A DNA stretch of 64,000 nucleotides from Acidobacteriota bacterium (GTDB taxonomy: Bacteria > Acidobacteriota > UBA6911), in assembly GCA_963664705.1 (NCBI GenBank), contig OY761556.1:3616001-3680000 (forward strand), given 5' to 3'. Positions within the stretch are counted from its first letter, which is position 1; each line of letters opens with the position of its first letter. The notes under the pieces are model-generated. The model was not told where the DNA came from. It was given only the letters and a program-made list of their open reading frames with translations, and made no database searches. This document shows, piece after piece, positions 18,837-29,209 of the stretch. A program made the position numbers and the translations under genes.

Positions 18837-19292
18837 TTAGTGCTTTTCCGGCGCAGCCGCATTCGCGGTTGCCCAGGATTTTATTTTATCCCGATCTTCC
18901 TGTTTCAAACGGGCGGCACTGTGCATCATCGAGTAATACCAGGGAGGCATCGCGCCTTCCTCAATCTCTTCCACCATGTGCTTGCGCATATGAGATTGAA
19001 CATCGGCAGGATAATCGCCCCATTCAGAAAAGTTCATCGCATGGCGTGCTTCCTTTACATCACTTCCCACCAGCCAGGAAACGGGAGCTACATTTGAATA
19101 CCAGGGCCAGACTGTTTCATTGGAGTGGCAGTTATAGCAAGCCCGTTGCAGGATAGGCTTAACTGACGCATCCAGGGATGCATCATTTCGTGTGGAAGGG
19201 TTTGTTTTTTCTATCCGGATGAACTGTCCAACGATAAGAGCTGCTACCAAAACAAGAAAACCGATTCGCAGGAATTTCACGGGGCTACCCAT
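18837..19292 (-). CDS. Heme-binding (Haem_bd) monoheme cytochrome c domain protein
   Basis: N-terminal TM, CYNCHS, WPWYS.VAP.SW, MPP..Y...H. Confidence 0.88.
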   Translation of the reverse strand: MGSPVKFLRIGFLVLVAALIVGQFIRIEKTNPSTRNDASLDASVKPILQRACYNCHSNETVWPWYSNVAPVSWLVGSDVKEARHAMNFSEWGDYPADVQSHMRKHMVEEIEEGAMPPWYYSMMHSAARLKQEDRDKIKSWATANAAAPEKH

Positions 19293-19385
19293 TGCACTCT
19301 CTCCCTGAAAGATTCATTTGGATTGCGGAAGCCGCGGCAAGGCAACAGCTCAAGCCTGCCGCGAATCCCGTGAATGGAAACAAGT

Positions 19386-19889
19386 CTATCGTTCATCGGC
19401 CGAGGGGCCATACATTGCCGGCAATGGAACTTCATTCAACCGCAGATACACTCCAAGCTGTGCGCGGTGATGAACCAGGTGATTCATGGACATAAGCCGG
19501 ATCATCTGGAGCCGCGTGCCGGACTCAACAGGCTGGCCATTGATTTGAAGCGACCAGGACTGGCCGAAATGCTCATCGCTTGCGCCGGCAAGAGCCTGCC
19601 TGGCTTCGGCTACATTCTGATCAAATTTTTCAAGCAAATCCGCCTGGGATTCCGGGATGTACGGTTTATATTGCCCGGCAACCATTGGACCGATATCGAT
19701 CATTTCGGTGGTCACAACTCTGCCGGCCCAGGCAGGAAGTTCCGCGACATGCCCTGCGAGCCGCCCCAACAGCATCGATTTCTGATGCGGCTTCCAATCC
19801 GCCTTTTCCACCGGAACCCGCTGCAACAGATTCCGCGTTACTTTCATTTCATGATCAAATTCCGGAAGAAGCATTTCACTGATGGTCAT
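19386..19889 (-). CDS. DinB/YfiT family protein
   Basis: WKPH.KSM.LG.LA.H, NHLVHHRAQL.VYLRL...P.MYGPSADE; GGAGG RBS. Confidence 0.88.
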   Translation of the reverse strand: MTISEMLLPEFDHEMKVTRNLLQRVPVEKADWKPHQKSMLLGRLAGHVAELPAWAGRVVTTEMIDIGPMVAGQYKPYIPESQADLLEKFDQNVAEARQALAGASDEHFGQSWSLQINGQPVESGTRLQMIRLMSMNHLVHHRAQLGVYLRLNEVPLPAMYGPSADER

Positions 19890-20063
19890 TACAGCCTCCG
19901 ATATGGATAAAAACCTGGAGTTCTGGGGCTCCAAAGCACTATTCCCTCAACCAAAAACCTGTCCGATAGTTGGGACAACCTCCTGATAGTGTACCAAATC
20001 ATGGATCGCAAATCGTCAATAGCCCTTTGGATATGTTAGACTCGAAGTGTTTCCGGAGGGCCT

Positions 20064-21791
20064 ATGAACTCCAGTCAGAGCAGGATCGTTTTCATTGCAC
20101 TTGCCATCATCCTTTTTGCGTGGATTACTGCTCCGCTGCTCTTTTCAACGCGGCCGCAGGAGCCATCCCTATCGCAAACAAGGCTATCCTTCGACGCGTC
20201 GGCCGCACATAGCCTCATCCGCGATATTGTAACGCAATTCCCAAACCGTACCCTTGGAAGCCTCGAATCCCGCCAGTCCACCGGCTATATTCATGATTAT
20301 CTCGAAAAACTGGGATATTCATTTACCTACACACATTTTGATGCCCGTATCGCCAGGCGCAGGCAGGTTGGAAGAAATATACTGGCGTTCAAACAGGGCC
20401 AATCCACGGAAATCCTGGCCCTGATCGCTCACCTGGATACCGCGCGAACAACGACACAGGGTGCCATGGACAACGGCTCGGGAGTGGGAGTACTACTGGA
20501 ATTGGCTCGCGTCTTTGCAGCGGGTCCGACCCGCAGAAGTCTGCTCCTTATCTTCTCCGACGGCGAGGAATGGGGAATGCTCGGGGCCAGGGATTTGGCC
20601 GACAATTACCCGGATCGGGGCCGGATTGCGGCCGTGCTTTCCCTGGATCATGTGGGGATTGGAGATCTGGAGCGGTTCTGCCTGGGAGAAACCGGGCAAT
20701 CGAAGGGTTTTACCTCTCCCTGGCTGCGGGAACTAGCGCGCCAAGCCGCGGAGTCTCAGGGGCTCCCGGCACAAAGCTCCTCCGGTTTTTCGGAATTCCT
20801 GCAACGTGCCTTCTATATATCCTGGGCGGATCAGGGCCCGTTCCTGAGCAAGGGTATCCCAGCTATCAATCTAGGAAGCGAATCCAGGGATAAGGCACGC
20901 GAGCGCGAGATTTACCATTCCAAATTCGATACAATCGAGAATCTCAAACCAGCCAGCATCGGAACCTACGGCCGTGCGGCGGAGAGAATCGTGCGCTCGC
21001 TGGATGAAATGAGCACTATCCCTCAAAACACGCCGGATGCATTCAGGTTTTGGGGAACCCGGTATATAGGCTCGGGAGTGATGACTTTCCTTCAGATAAT
21101 CTCGTTTGCACCACTGGTGCTCGTTTTTGCGTTTTTTCTGACAAATCATGCCGCCGGGCTCAATCTGGCGGGCATCGGTCGGGAGTTTCTCGCCTTCCTG
21201 GGCACGGCAATACCTCTCTGGGTGATCTATCCCCTGATTGCGCTTGCCCGAGCCCTGCGACTGATTCCGATCTACACCCTTTACCCGGCAACACTCAAAG
21301 ATCCCATCCTGGATAGTCCTCGATGGGGTGTTCTGGGAGGGATTCTGGGGACGGCCTTCTTTGTAGCTATTGTTCTGTTTATTATCGCCCGGTTTTCTTT
21401 CCGAAGCCTGCCGAAGCCGGAATTCCATACCTCAAAGACGGTTCTCCTGGCGCTGCTGCTGGCCGCTGCCATTCTGTCATTATTCTACAACCCCTATTGG
21501 GCTTCACTCTTTTTCATTCTACCTGCCTGGACGTGGGCGACGGTCGGCAACTGGAGAGCCGGGAACCGCCTTTTCGACAGATTCCTCCTCATTGCAGCGG
21601 GGCTTCCCTACTTTATCTTGGTCGGAATTTATGCATCGAAATTGTACCTGGGATGGAATCTCATCTGGTACCAGGCGATTGCCCTCAGCAACGGATTTTT
21701 CTCAAACGCCGCCTACTTCCTCGCAACCGCAATGATTGCGCTTGGCATCCGGTTTATCGTCATTCAATCGCAGGAAAAGAAGACTTCATGA
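20064..21791 (+). CDS. M28 family metallopeptidase with C-terminal multi-TM domain
   Basis: AHLD, GAMDNGSGV, DGEEWGM.GA, YHS..DT; hydrophobic C-terminal ~240 aa. Confidence 0.85.
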   Translation: MNSSQSRIVFIALAIILFAWITAPLLFSTRPQEPSLSQTRLSFDASAAHSLIRDIVTQFPNRTLGSLESRQSTGYIHDYLEKLGYSFTYTHFDARIARRRQVGRNILAFKQGQSTEILALIAHLDTARTTTQGAMDNGSGVGVLLELARVFAAGPTRRSLLLIFSDGEEWGMLGARDLADNYPDRGRIAAVLSLDHVGIGDLERFCLGETGQSKGFTSPWLRELARQAAESQGLPAQSSSGFSEFLQRAFYISWADQGPFLSKGIPAINLGSESRDKAREREIYHSKFDTIENLKPASIGTYGRAAERIVRSLDEMSTIPQNTPDAFRFWGTRYIGSGVMTFLQIISFAPLVLVFAFFLTNHAAGLNLAGIGREFLAFLGTAIPLWVIYPLIALARALRLIPIYTLYPATLKDPILDSPRWGVLGGILGTAFFVAIVLFIIARFSFRSLPKPEFHTSKTVLLALLLAAAILSLFYNPYWASLFFILPAWTWATVGNWRAGNRLFDRFLLIAAGLPYFILVGIYASKLYLGWNLIWYQAIALSNGFFSNAAYFLATAMIALGIRFIVIQSQEKKTS

Positions 21792-21837
21792 CCTGTCTTC
21801 CGAAGTCTGAGTTTGAATATTTGCAGGTGAGATGGTC

Positions 21838-22680
21838 CTAGTTGCTGGCAGCAACGATATTCCTGAGGATTTTGATGTGGTTTTCGATATTCAAGCGATC
21901 CTCCGCCCCGACCGCATGTTTTAAGTAAAAATCCAAATCCGCGAGAGCCTTGGCAAACAGGCTGGTCTGCATATACAGAAGCCCGCGGTCCCGAATTTCA
22001 GTGGGAACTGCGGGATTGAGCAGCAAAATTTTGTCGATAACGGCCAGAGCTTTCTGGTGCTGCTCTTTCTGAGTGTAAATTCCCTTCAGGTTATACAGCA
22101 TGCGGGTAATAATCGACCTTTTGTCCATAGGATGCAGGAAGGACGGGCTCATGGACGCGCCGCCGGCATGAGCTTTGTCCAAAAGCTCCTGGCAATCATT
22201 TGCCGTGAGAATCCGGCCAATATTGAACGGGTCAATAACAATATCGCGATCGCTGGTCGAATGCTTGACCAGGAAATGACCAGGGAATCCGACGCCCCGA
22301 ATTCGAAAACTGATCCGCCTCGCCACCTCTATATAAATGACCGAGAGAGAGATTGGAATGCCCAGCCTACGATCCAGCACCTCATTTAGAAAGCTGTTGC
22401 GAGGATCGTAATAATCCTCCGCATTTCCCCTTAAGCCTTCCTGAACAAACAGCACCTCGTTGATGGCTTCAATCACATTGACCGGATTGCGATCCAAGCC
22501 GATCAGAACTTCCGCACTGGCAGCAAGGGAATCGAGTTTTCGAAGGTAAGCCTGGATGTTGAGGTCAGGATACTCGTCCAGTCCCAGAGCAAGTGCCGCC
22601 CGATCCAGCGGGAAGGCGGTTTCATCCAGAACCGACAATTCGAGAAAATACTGACGAGCTTTAATGCTCTCGATAATCAC
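21838..22680 (-). CDS. SirB1/transglutaminase-like protein with C-terminal TPR
   Basis: GN..DYYDPRNSFLNEVLDRRLGIPISLS, GVGFPGHFL, IDPF, E.RDRGL. Confidence 0.88.
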   Translation of the reverse strand: MIIESIKARQYFLELSVLDETAFPLDRAALALGLDEYPDLNIQAYLRKLDSLAASAEVLIGLDRNPVNVIEAINEVLFVQEGLRGNAEDYYDPRNSFLNEVLDRRLGIPISLSVIYIEVARRISFRIRGVGFPGHFLVKHSTSDRDIVIDPFNIGRILTANDCQELLDKAHAGGASMSPSFLHPMDKRSIITRMLYNLKGIYTQKEQHQKALAVIDKILLLNPAVPTEIRDRGLLYMQTSLFAKALADLDFYLKHAVGAEDRLNIENHIKILRNIVAASN

Positions 22681-22867
22681 GAGGCCTCTCCAGGGATAAA
22701 AACCGGACTGGCGATCAACGCCACAACCTTTACAAAATAACGCCTTAAGGCTTTCGATTCCAGAGTTGATTCGCGGATATTGCCGGTTCGGCCGGGAGCG
22801 CTAATTGCAGGTGAGCAGTAAAATCTGCCCAATGCTGCATGCAATTTTGTTGAGGTCGAAGCCCAGC

Positions 22868-23002
22868 GGAGGACGGTGGCTTGCCACCGCCTTCACCTTT
22901 TGTGCTTTTCAAAGGCGACAGCAAGCTTCCGCATCCCACGGTTCCCATGCTTGCTTTAGCCGTCTCGCCGGCAAGGGGCGCAGCTGCTTGCCGGCGCTCC
23001 CA
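22868..23002. repeat. Cluster of REP-like GC-rich palindromes
   Basis: CGGTGGCTTGCCACCG, AAAGGCGACAGCAAGCTTCCGCA and GCCGGCAAG..CTTGCCGGCGCTCCC; segments shared with 11230-11274 and 17222-17238. Confidence 0.7.
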
Positions 23003-23009
23003 GTAACAA

Positions 23010-23924
23010 CTAATCCACTCTCAATGGAGCTTGGAGCCGGAACTCCAGGATCGTTTCGGATGGGATTCGCAGAACCTGTCCGCGCGTCATCACCTGAACG
23101 CCGGTTCCAACGGCAGCGCCTGAGGCCGCACCCACCGCAGCGCCGGTTCCGCCTCCTGCGATGGCACCAATGATGGCACCCAGAGCCGCCGTTCCGCCTA
23201 CCGTCGCAGCCGTCCGGTTCGCACGGTTGGCACCTGCCTCCGTATAATCCGATGTCCTCAAATAATAGGACTTGCCATTGCTAACCAATTCCGTGAGTTC
23301 CAGTATCAACTGCGCTTGCCCGGACAATTTGCCCGATTCCTGGGCATAGGCAATCCGTCCCTTTACCGTTGTTCCCCTGGAAAACACAGTCTGATCCCCA
23401 AAGAGAATCGGCTGCTCCAGGGTTGCTTCGAATACATCCCCTACGCGGTTTCTGTCGGTATCGATGTTTGTGGATGTCCGTATTGTCACCGGCGTGCCGA
23501 CGGGCAAGGTCACATCTCCCTTCCGGGTTCCGGTCGATGCAGCGTAGCCGACATCGGTGTTGCGGGTCCTGGGATTAGCGGCTACAGCCGGTGCAGGCTC
23601 CGAAGGTTCCGGCGGAATGTCTGTGGTCATGGTCCGTCCCGGTAATTGACTTGAAGGGGCGGGCGGGGCTGGGGACGCCGGAACTCTGGCAACGCGGCCG
23701 GAGTTCTCCAGTTCCGGTTCTTTGAAGATAATCTGGGCTACATCTATCACTTTGAAGCTCTCCGTTCTGCCCAGAATCCGAAACTCCACCACATTAACGT
23801 CGCCACGGACAAACTTGCCCGAAAACACCGTTCCATCTTTCAGGACGATCTGATCAGCCAGGGCGGCGGTACTTAGCAGCAGCAACCCAAGAACAGTAAG
23901 CCATACCGGGGATTTCAATCTCAT
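23010..23924 (-). CDS. Exported protein with Pro-rich linker and C-terminal glycine-zipper domain
   Basis: Signal peptide, D.I.LKDG....GK module, TLPVGT...IR...[21 protein letters not shown]. Confidence 0.75.
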   Translation of the reverse strand: MRLKSPVWLTVLGLLLLSTAALADQIVLKDGTVFSGKFVRGDVNVVEFRILGRTESFKVIDVAQIIFKEPELENSGRVARVPASPAPPAPSSQLPGRTMTTDIPPEPSEPAPAVAANPRTRNTDVGYAASTGTRKGDVTLPVGTPVTIRTSTNIDTDRNRVGDVFEATLEQPILFGDQTVFSRGTTVKGRIAYAQESGKLSGQAQLILELTELVSNGKSYYLRTSDYTEAGANRANRTAATVGGTAALGAIIGAIAGGGTGAAVGAASGAAVGTGVQVMTRGQVLRIPSETILEFRLQAPLRVD

Positions 23925-24131
23925 AATCTTTTCCCTTCTTCCTTTGGCTGGAATACCGGCTGAAGCGCCGGCAATTCTCCCCCTTCTATTTTGATTAAGT
24001 TAGCGCCCGCAGGTTTCAGATTCAAAGAAAAGTTATGGGTAGTTTCTGCGCTTAAAACTAAAAGACTCGAAGAACTCCGTCCGGAGCCTTCGAGTCTATG
24101 AGTAACTGAACCTCGGATATCCCCAATCGGG

Positions 24132-24638
24132 CTAGATTGTTCGCTTTTTCGCCTTTTCCACAGGCTCATCCTGGTAACCGTAGCGAAGTATCTTGACCTT
24201 TACGATCCTCCTGCCAAAGTCCTTACAGGCCTCATAGCTGGGAATAAAGATGTCGATGATCTTGCCCTTGATAAGCTCGCCGGTATCCATAACCTGGTAA
24301 ATACCACTCATGAAAGGAGTTTCGACGTAAATCATCGATCCAAGCGGAATAACTCTGGGATCGGCAGCAACATAACCCGGGACTACAGGGACTCCAGAGG
24401 TGGTAAGACCCGTAACACTATAGGCGGTGGCGTGGAATTTTTCTGCCGCCGGCTCCAGGCCGGGTGAATGGACATCGTTCGCGCTGGTTCCGGTAGTGGA
24501 ACATAGCCAGGGACGGTCAGCATTCCTTGCACACTCCCTATGGGTAAAATGAATGATGCAGGCGAACCCAGCAAGGATTGCAATGGTTCGCAATCCCCTG
24601 AGACGCCTCCGATTCATCCTACATGCCTTGTCAAACAC
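24132..24638 (-). CDS. 3D-domain protein (MltA-like/Sps cell-wall lytic domain)
   Basis: ATAYS, T.SG, VAADPRVIPLGS, DTG..IKG..IDIF, FGRR; GAGGAGG RBS. Confidence 0.88.
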   Translation of the reverse strand: MFDKACRMNRRRLRGLRTIAILAGFACIIHFTHRECARNADRPWLCSTTGTSANDVHSPGLEPAAEKFHATAYSVTGLTTSGVPVVPGYVAADPRVIPLGSMIYVETPFMSGIYQVMDTGELIKGKIIDIFIPSYEACKDFGRRIVKVKILRYGYQDEPVEKAKKRTI

Positions 24639-24802
24639 GTTCCCTCCTCAAAGGACACAAAGAGATCCTCCCCAAAACCCGGCGGAAGATGCAGAACTCG
24701 GTTCAAGCTGATAAATCGAATTTCGCGGGGGAAAGAGACGGCAGTACTCTCGAATGAAAGATTCCGGTTTTCGTCTCTCTGAAGTTGCTCAACATGGGAA
24801 AT

Positions 24803-24831
24803 AGGCTAGCATCCGGCAGAACCTTGATCAA
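24803..24831 (-). promoter_or_regulatory. Putative sigma70 promoter of the 3D-domain gene
   Basis: TTGATC, 17 nt spacer, (TGc)TAGCCT on the minus strand. Confidence 0.5.
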
Positions 24832-24860
24832 CTACTAATTTAGTGTCATAGGTTTAGCGA

Positions 24861-24880
24861 AAATGTGACCCTTGTCACAT
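24861..24880. promoter_or_regulatory. CRP-family-type binding site
   Basis: AAATGTGA-CCCTTG-TCACAT, an exact TGTGA-N6-TCACA match. Confidence 0.55.
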
Positions 24881-24998
24881 GGGGAAATTTGTGATATAGG
24901 CCTCCGCCTTTACCCAGGGGACCGTTTCTACAACTATACAGGCAGTAGAGTCCGCGTCCTCCAGGTCCTGGAGTCCCGGAGCCGATGGCGTTGCCGGA

Positions 24999-25427
24999 TC
25001 AGCGGGCTATGGACTGGAGGAATCGGTCGATCCCTGCCTGGGAAACCTCCCGGTCCTGCTCCGGGGAACCGGAACTGCATCCCACGCCGCCGGCAATCAT
25101 TCCATTAATGAATAGCGGCAGCCCTCCCCCAACAATCATGAAGCGGCCTTGGTTGGAAGTATGCATCCCAAAGGATGGCCCCCCGGCTCCGGCTACCGCG
25201 GCATACTCATGGGTACCCCGGCGGGCGCAGGCAGCGGTAAAGGCCTTGTTTATGGAAACGTCAATGCTGGTCAGGCGAGCCCCGTCCATTCGGACAAAAG
25301 CAAGCAGGTGCCCGCCGTCATCCACCACCGCGATATCCATGTCGACCCCGATTTCCCTAGCCCTGGCTTCGGAACCTTCCAGAATGATCCTGGCATCACT
25401 GAGCGTGAGTCTGGGAGACGTTATCAT
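24999..25427 (-). CDS. GlcG/HbpS family heme-binding protein
   Basis: IAVVDDGGHL..F.RMDGA...SI...INKAFTA, GGGLP....G...GGVG.S. Confidence 0.88.
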   Translation of the reverse strand: MITSPRLTLSDARIILEGSEARAREIGVDMDIAVVDDGGHLLAFVRMDGARLTSIDVSINKAFTAACARRGTHEYAAVAGAGGPSFGMHTSNQGRFMIVGGGLPLFINGMIAGGVGCSSGSPEQDREVSQAGIDRFLQSIAR

Positions 25428-25563
25428 GGCGTTCCCTCCTGAATACAGGATGCAGGAAACCCAACCCGGGATACAAGCGCCTTCCAAAAACCTCAAATTG
25501 CGGGAACTGGGAACGAGTGAAGCCATGTGTTATGCTAGGCCTGTCTGACAGGTTCACACCCAT

Positions 25564-25926
25564 ATGCACGAATTAGGAATCGCACAGAACATCCTGCAAA
25601 TTGTTCAGCAGTCAGTGCCCGAGACCGGTGAAGCCAGTGTCCGGATCATTCGCATCCGGGTCGGCCAGCTTTCCGGAGTTGTCCCCGATTCGCTGGACTT
25701 CTGTTTCAGTGCCATTATCCATGACACCGAGATGAAGGATGCCAGGCTCGAGATCGAGCAGGTACCCCTGACATCCGAATGCAGGGACTGCCGGCAGCGG
25801 TTCCCGGTCAGCGAAATGGAGTTCTACTGTCCGGCATGCAAAAGTACCAACCTGGAACTGATTTCCGGCCGGGAGCTGGAGGTCGTGGAAATCGAAATGG
25901 CAGACGAAAGCGATGGGACGCCATGA
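25564..25926 (+). CDS. hypA: Hydrogenase maturation nickel metallochaperone HypA
   Basis: MHELGIA, two CxxC motifs, GREL. Confidence 0.95.
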   Translation: MHELGIAQNILQIVQQSVPETGEASVRIIRIRVGQLSGVVPDSLDFCFSAIIHDTEMKDARLEIEQVPLTSECRDCRQRFPVSEMEFYCPACKSTNLELISGRELEVVEIEMADESDGTP

Positions 25927-26579
25927 GCGTGATTACGATTGAGCGAAAGGTTTTGGAAAAGAACGAGGAGGTTGCCGGGCGCAACCGGGAGATTTTCCGG
26001 GAGCGCGGCATTGGGGTTCTCAATTTCGTCAGTTCTCCAGGGGCGGGCAAGACGACCATCCTGGAAACCACCTTCCAGAAACTGCGCGGACAGATGAAGT
26101 TTGCGGTTATCGAGGGGGATGTCCAAACCGACCTCGATGCCCAGCGAGTCGCCAAATACGGAGTCCCGGTCGTTCAGATCGTCACCCTTGGGGGTTGTCA
26201 CCTCGATGCGAAGCTCATCCAGGATGCCCTCGGCCAACTCGATTTGAATGGATTGGACCTGCTATTCATCGAAAACGTCGGAAACCTCGTGTGCCCCGCA
26301 AACTACGACCTCGGGGAAGCGCTGAAGGTTGTTGTCCTGAGCACCACGGAAGGGGATGACAAGCCGCTGAAATACCCCGCGATGTTCCTGAATTCTACGG
26401 TGCTGATCATCAACAAGATCGACCTTGTGCCCCACCTGCGCTGCGACTTGAATACTTTGAAAAGGAATGCACTCCAGATCAATCCATCTCTCCGGGTATT
26501 TGAGATCTCCTGCTTTACAGGTGAAGGGATCCCGGAATGGTGCGACTGGCTTAACAAGAAGGACTTTTCCGGACAGTGA
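25923..26579 (+). CDS. hypB: Hydrogenase nickel incorporation GTPase HypB
   Basis: SSPGAGKTT, IEGD, CHLDA, ENVGNLVCP, EGDDKP.KYP; ATGA overlap with hypA. Confidence 0.95.
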   Translation: MSVITIERKVLEKNEEVAGRNREIFRERGIGVLNFVSSPGAGKTTILETTFQKLRGQMKFAVIEGDVQTDLDAQRVAKYGVPVVQIVTLGGCHLDAKLIQDALGQLDLNGLDLLFIENVGNLVCPANYDLGEALKVVVLSTTEGDDKPLKYPAMFLNSTVLIINKIDLVPHLRCDLNTLKRNALQINPSLRVFEISCFTGEGIPEWCDWLNKKDFSGQ

Positions 26580-28858
26580 TTCGCCGAATGCACATCGCCC
26601 TCCGCGGCGCCGTACAGGGAGTAGGGTTTCGCCCTTTCGTGTATCGGCTTGCCTCGGAATTGAAGCTGCCCGGCTGGGTGTTGAATTCGACAGAAGGTGT
26701 GTTTATTGAAGTGGAAGGCGCAAAGGACCTTCTGGACACCTTCCTCCTTCGCCTGCAGAAAGAAAAACCGACTCCGGCCTTTATTCAAAGCCTCGAATTT
26801 TCCTACCTGGACCCCATTCACTTCGACGGCTTCGAGATACGGAACAGCGAGCAGACCGGGGCAAAGACAGCCCTCATCCTCCCGGACATTGCGACTTGTG
26901 GCGATTGCCTCCGTGAAGTATTCGATCCGGCTAACCGGCGCTATCGCTATCCGTTCACCAATTGCACCCACTGCGGCCCGCGGTTCACGATTATCGAATC
27001 CCTCCCCTACGACCGCCCGAATACATCCATGAAGTTTTTTGAAATGTGCCCGGACTGCCGCAGGGAATATGAAGACCCGTCCGATCGGCGATTTCATGCT
27101 CAGCCAAACGCCTGCCCCGTATGCGGTCCTGTCCCGGAAATGTGGGATGGAACAGGAAAGGTTCTGTCCAGACAGGACAATGCCATCATCGAAACGGTGG
27201 CGGCAATAAGAAGTGGAAAAATCGTGGCCATCAAGGGGCTTGGGGGATTCCACCTCGTTGCGGATGCCAGGAATACAGAAGCGGTGGAGCAGCTGCGCAA
27301 AAGAAAGCACCGCGAGGAAAAGCCCTTCGCCTTGATGTACCCCTCGCTCGAGCGAGTTCTGGACGACTGCGTTGTTTCGCCCTTTGAGGCCAGGCTCTTA
27401 TGCTCGGCCGAATCGCCCATCGTACTGCTCGAGCAAAAGGAAGCACGCGCCAGGACCCTATCGCCTGCGGTAGTCCCCGGAAATCCCTATCTCGGAGTGA
27501 TGCTTCCCTACACTCCCATGCATCATCTGATTATGCGGGACCTCGGGTTTCCCATCGTTGCCACCAGCGGAAACCTCTCCGACGAGCCCATCTGCATCGA
27601 CGAACGGGAGGCGCTGGCGCGGCTTTCGGCTATTGCGGACCTTTTCCTGGTTCACAATCGGCCCATTGTGCGGCATGTCGACGATTCCATTGTGCGCCTC
27701 GTGCTCGGCCGAGAGTTGGTATTGAGGCGGGCCAGGGGATACGCGCCGCTTCCGTTGCGCTGCAAGGGCCTGGAGCCGAACCTGCTGGCGGTGGGTGGAC
27801 ACCTGAAAAACACCATCGCCCTGTCGGTAGGGGATAATGCCTTCGTCAGCCAACATATCGGAGACCTGGAAAACAATGAGGCTTCCGAAGCTTTCCGTAA
27901 TGTAATCGGGAGCTTTCGCCGTCTGTATCAAGTCGACCCGGTCCGGGTTGTTTGCGACATGCACCCGGACTACATGTCATCGAAGCTTGCCCGGCAAATC
28001 GGACCACCCGTAATCGAGATACAACATCACTATGCCCATGTTGCCGCCTGCATGGTGGAGAATGAACTTGAAGGAGAGGTCCTGGGAGTAGCCTGGGATG
28101 GCACAGGGTATGGTCTTGACGGGACGATTTGGGGGGGTGAGTTCCTTCTCACCAACTCCACCAGCTTCACCCGCGTCGCCTCCTTCCGGAAATTCCGGTT
28201 GCCCGGAGGCGCAGCCGCCGTTCGAGAGCCGCGTCGCACAGCCCTCGGGTTGCTCTACGAGATTTATGGTGAACACGTTTTTGAAAAGGTTAACCTGGCG
28301 CCGCTCCACGCGTTCACGGAACAGGAACTCCCGGTGCTGGCCCAAATGCTTCAGAAAGGAATCCATTCTCCCTGGACGACCAGTGCCGGGCGCCTGTTCG
28401 ACGCAGTCGCTTCTCTTTCCGCCCTCCGGCAGAGAATGAAATTCGAGGGGCAGGCCGCCATGGAACTGGAGTACGTGGTCTCCCGGGAAGGGGTCGAACA
28501 AAGTTACCCGTTTGAGATCGGACAGGCCAATGATTCAGGAATGTCCCTTGACTGGGAAGCCCTGGTGCTCGCCATCATTCACGACGTTGAGCTCGGCACT
28601 CCGATTCCCATGATCGCGAGAAAATTTCACCTCGCACTTGGAGAGATGATCCTTGCCGTCGCCCGGCGTACCGGGAAAGAGCGTGTGGTACTGACCGGAG
28701 GTTGCTTCCAGAACAGGTTCCTCCTCGAACAAACAGTGAACAAGCTGGAGAAGGCCGGGTTCAGGGCGTACTGGCATCAGAGAATTCCGCCCAACGATGG
28801 AGGAATCTCGCTCGGGCAAATTGCCGCCGCCTCACGTATACTTAGGAGAGAACAGTAA
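26576..28858 (+). CDS. hypF: Carbamoyltransferase HypF
   Basis: G.VQGVGFRPFVY, zinc fingers, KGLGGFHL, QHHYAH, DGTGYG.DG, NDGGISLGQ. Confidence 0.96.
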   Translation: MIRRMHIALRGAVQGVGFRPFVYRLASELKLPGWVLNSTEGVFIEVEGAKDLLDTFLLRLQKEKPTPAFIQSLEFSYLDPIHFDGFEIRNSEQTGAKTALILPDIATCGDCLREVFDPANRRYRYPFTNCTHCGPRFTIIESLPYDRPNTSMKFFEMCPDCRREYEDPSDRRFHAQPNACPVCGPVPEMWDGTGKVLSRQDNAIIETVAAIRSGKIVAIKGLGGFHLVADARNTEAVEQLRKRKHREEKPFALMYPSLERVLDDCVVSPFEARLLCSAESPIVLLEQKEARARTLSPAVVPGNPYLGVMLPYTPMHHLIMRDLGFPIVATSGNLSDEPICIDEREALARLSAIADLFLVHNRPIVRHVDDSIVRLVLGRELVLRRARGYAPLPLRCKGLEPNLLAVGGHLKNTIALSVGDNAFVSQHIGDLENNEASEAFRNVIGSFRRLYQVDPVRVVCDMHPDYMSSKLARQIGPPVIEIQHHYAHVAACMVENELEGEVLGVAWDGTGYGLDGTIWGGEFLLTNSTSFTRVASFRKFRLPGGAAAVREPRRTALGLLYEIYGEHVFEKVNLAPLHAFTEQELPVLAQMLQKGIHSPWTTSAGRLFDAVASLSALRQRMKFEGQAAMELEYVVSREGVEQSYPFEIGQANDSGMSLDWEALVLAIIHDVELGTPIPMIARKFHLALGEMILAVARRTGKERVVLTGGCFQNRFLLEQTVNKLEKAGFRAYWHQRIPPNDGGISLGQIAAASRILRREQ

Positions 28859-28951
28859 AGAACGGGTACCGGCAAGACACACAATATCGCTTGTGCTCAA
28901 CAGGGCAAGCCGGCGCTCCGGATGGAGCAGGAAGCTTAAGGAGAATCCATT

Positions 28952-29209
28952 ATGTGCCTGGCAGTTCCGGGAAAGATCATCAGTATCGACGGCACCGATC
29001 CGGTGTTCCGCAGCGGCAAAGTCAGCTTTGGGGGAATCCACAAACAGGTGAACCTTGCCTATGTGCCGGAGGCCAAGGTCGGAGATTACGTCCTGGTCCA
29101 TGTCGGATTTGCCATCAGCACAATCGACGAGGCGGAAGCCGAAGAGGTGTTCGGGTATCTGCGCGAAATGGGTGAGCTGGCCGAACTGGAAGAAAGCGGC
29201 AACCAATGA
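28952..29209 (+). CDS. hypC: Hydrogenase chaperone HypC
   Basis: [19 protein letters not shown]. Confidence 0.96.
   Translation: MCLAVPGKIISIDGTDPVFRSGKVSFGGIHKQVNLAYVPEAKVGDYVLVHVGFAISTIDEAEAEEVFGYLREMGELAELEESGNQ

Noticed and set aside
24639-24800. c-di-AMP (ydaO) riboswitch upstream of the 3D gene
   Set aside because: I could not see the conserved GCUGAAUCC / GGGAACC / GUCAGCUA blocks
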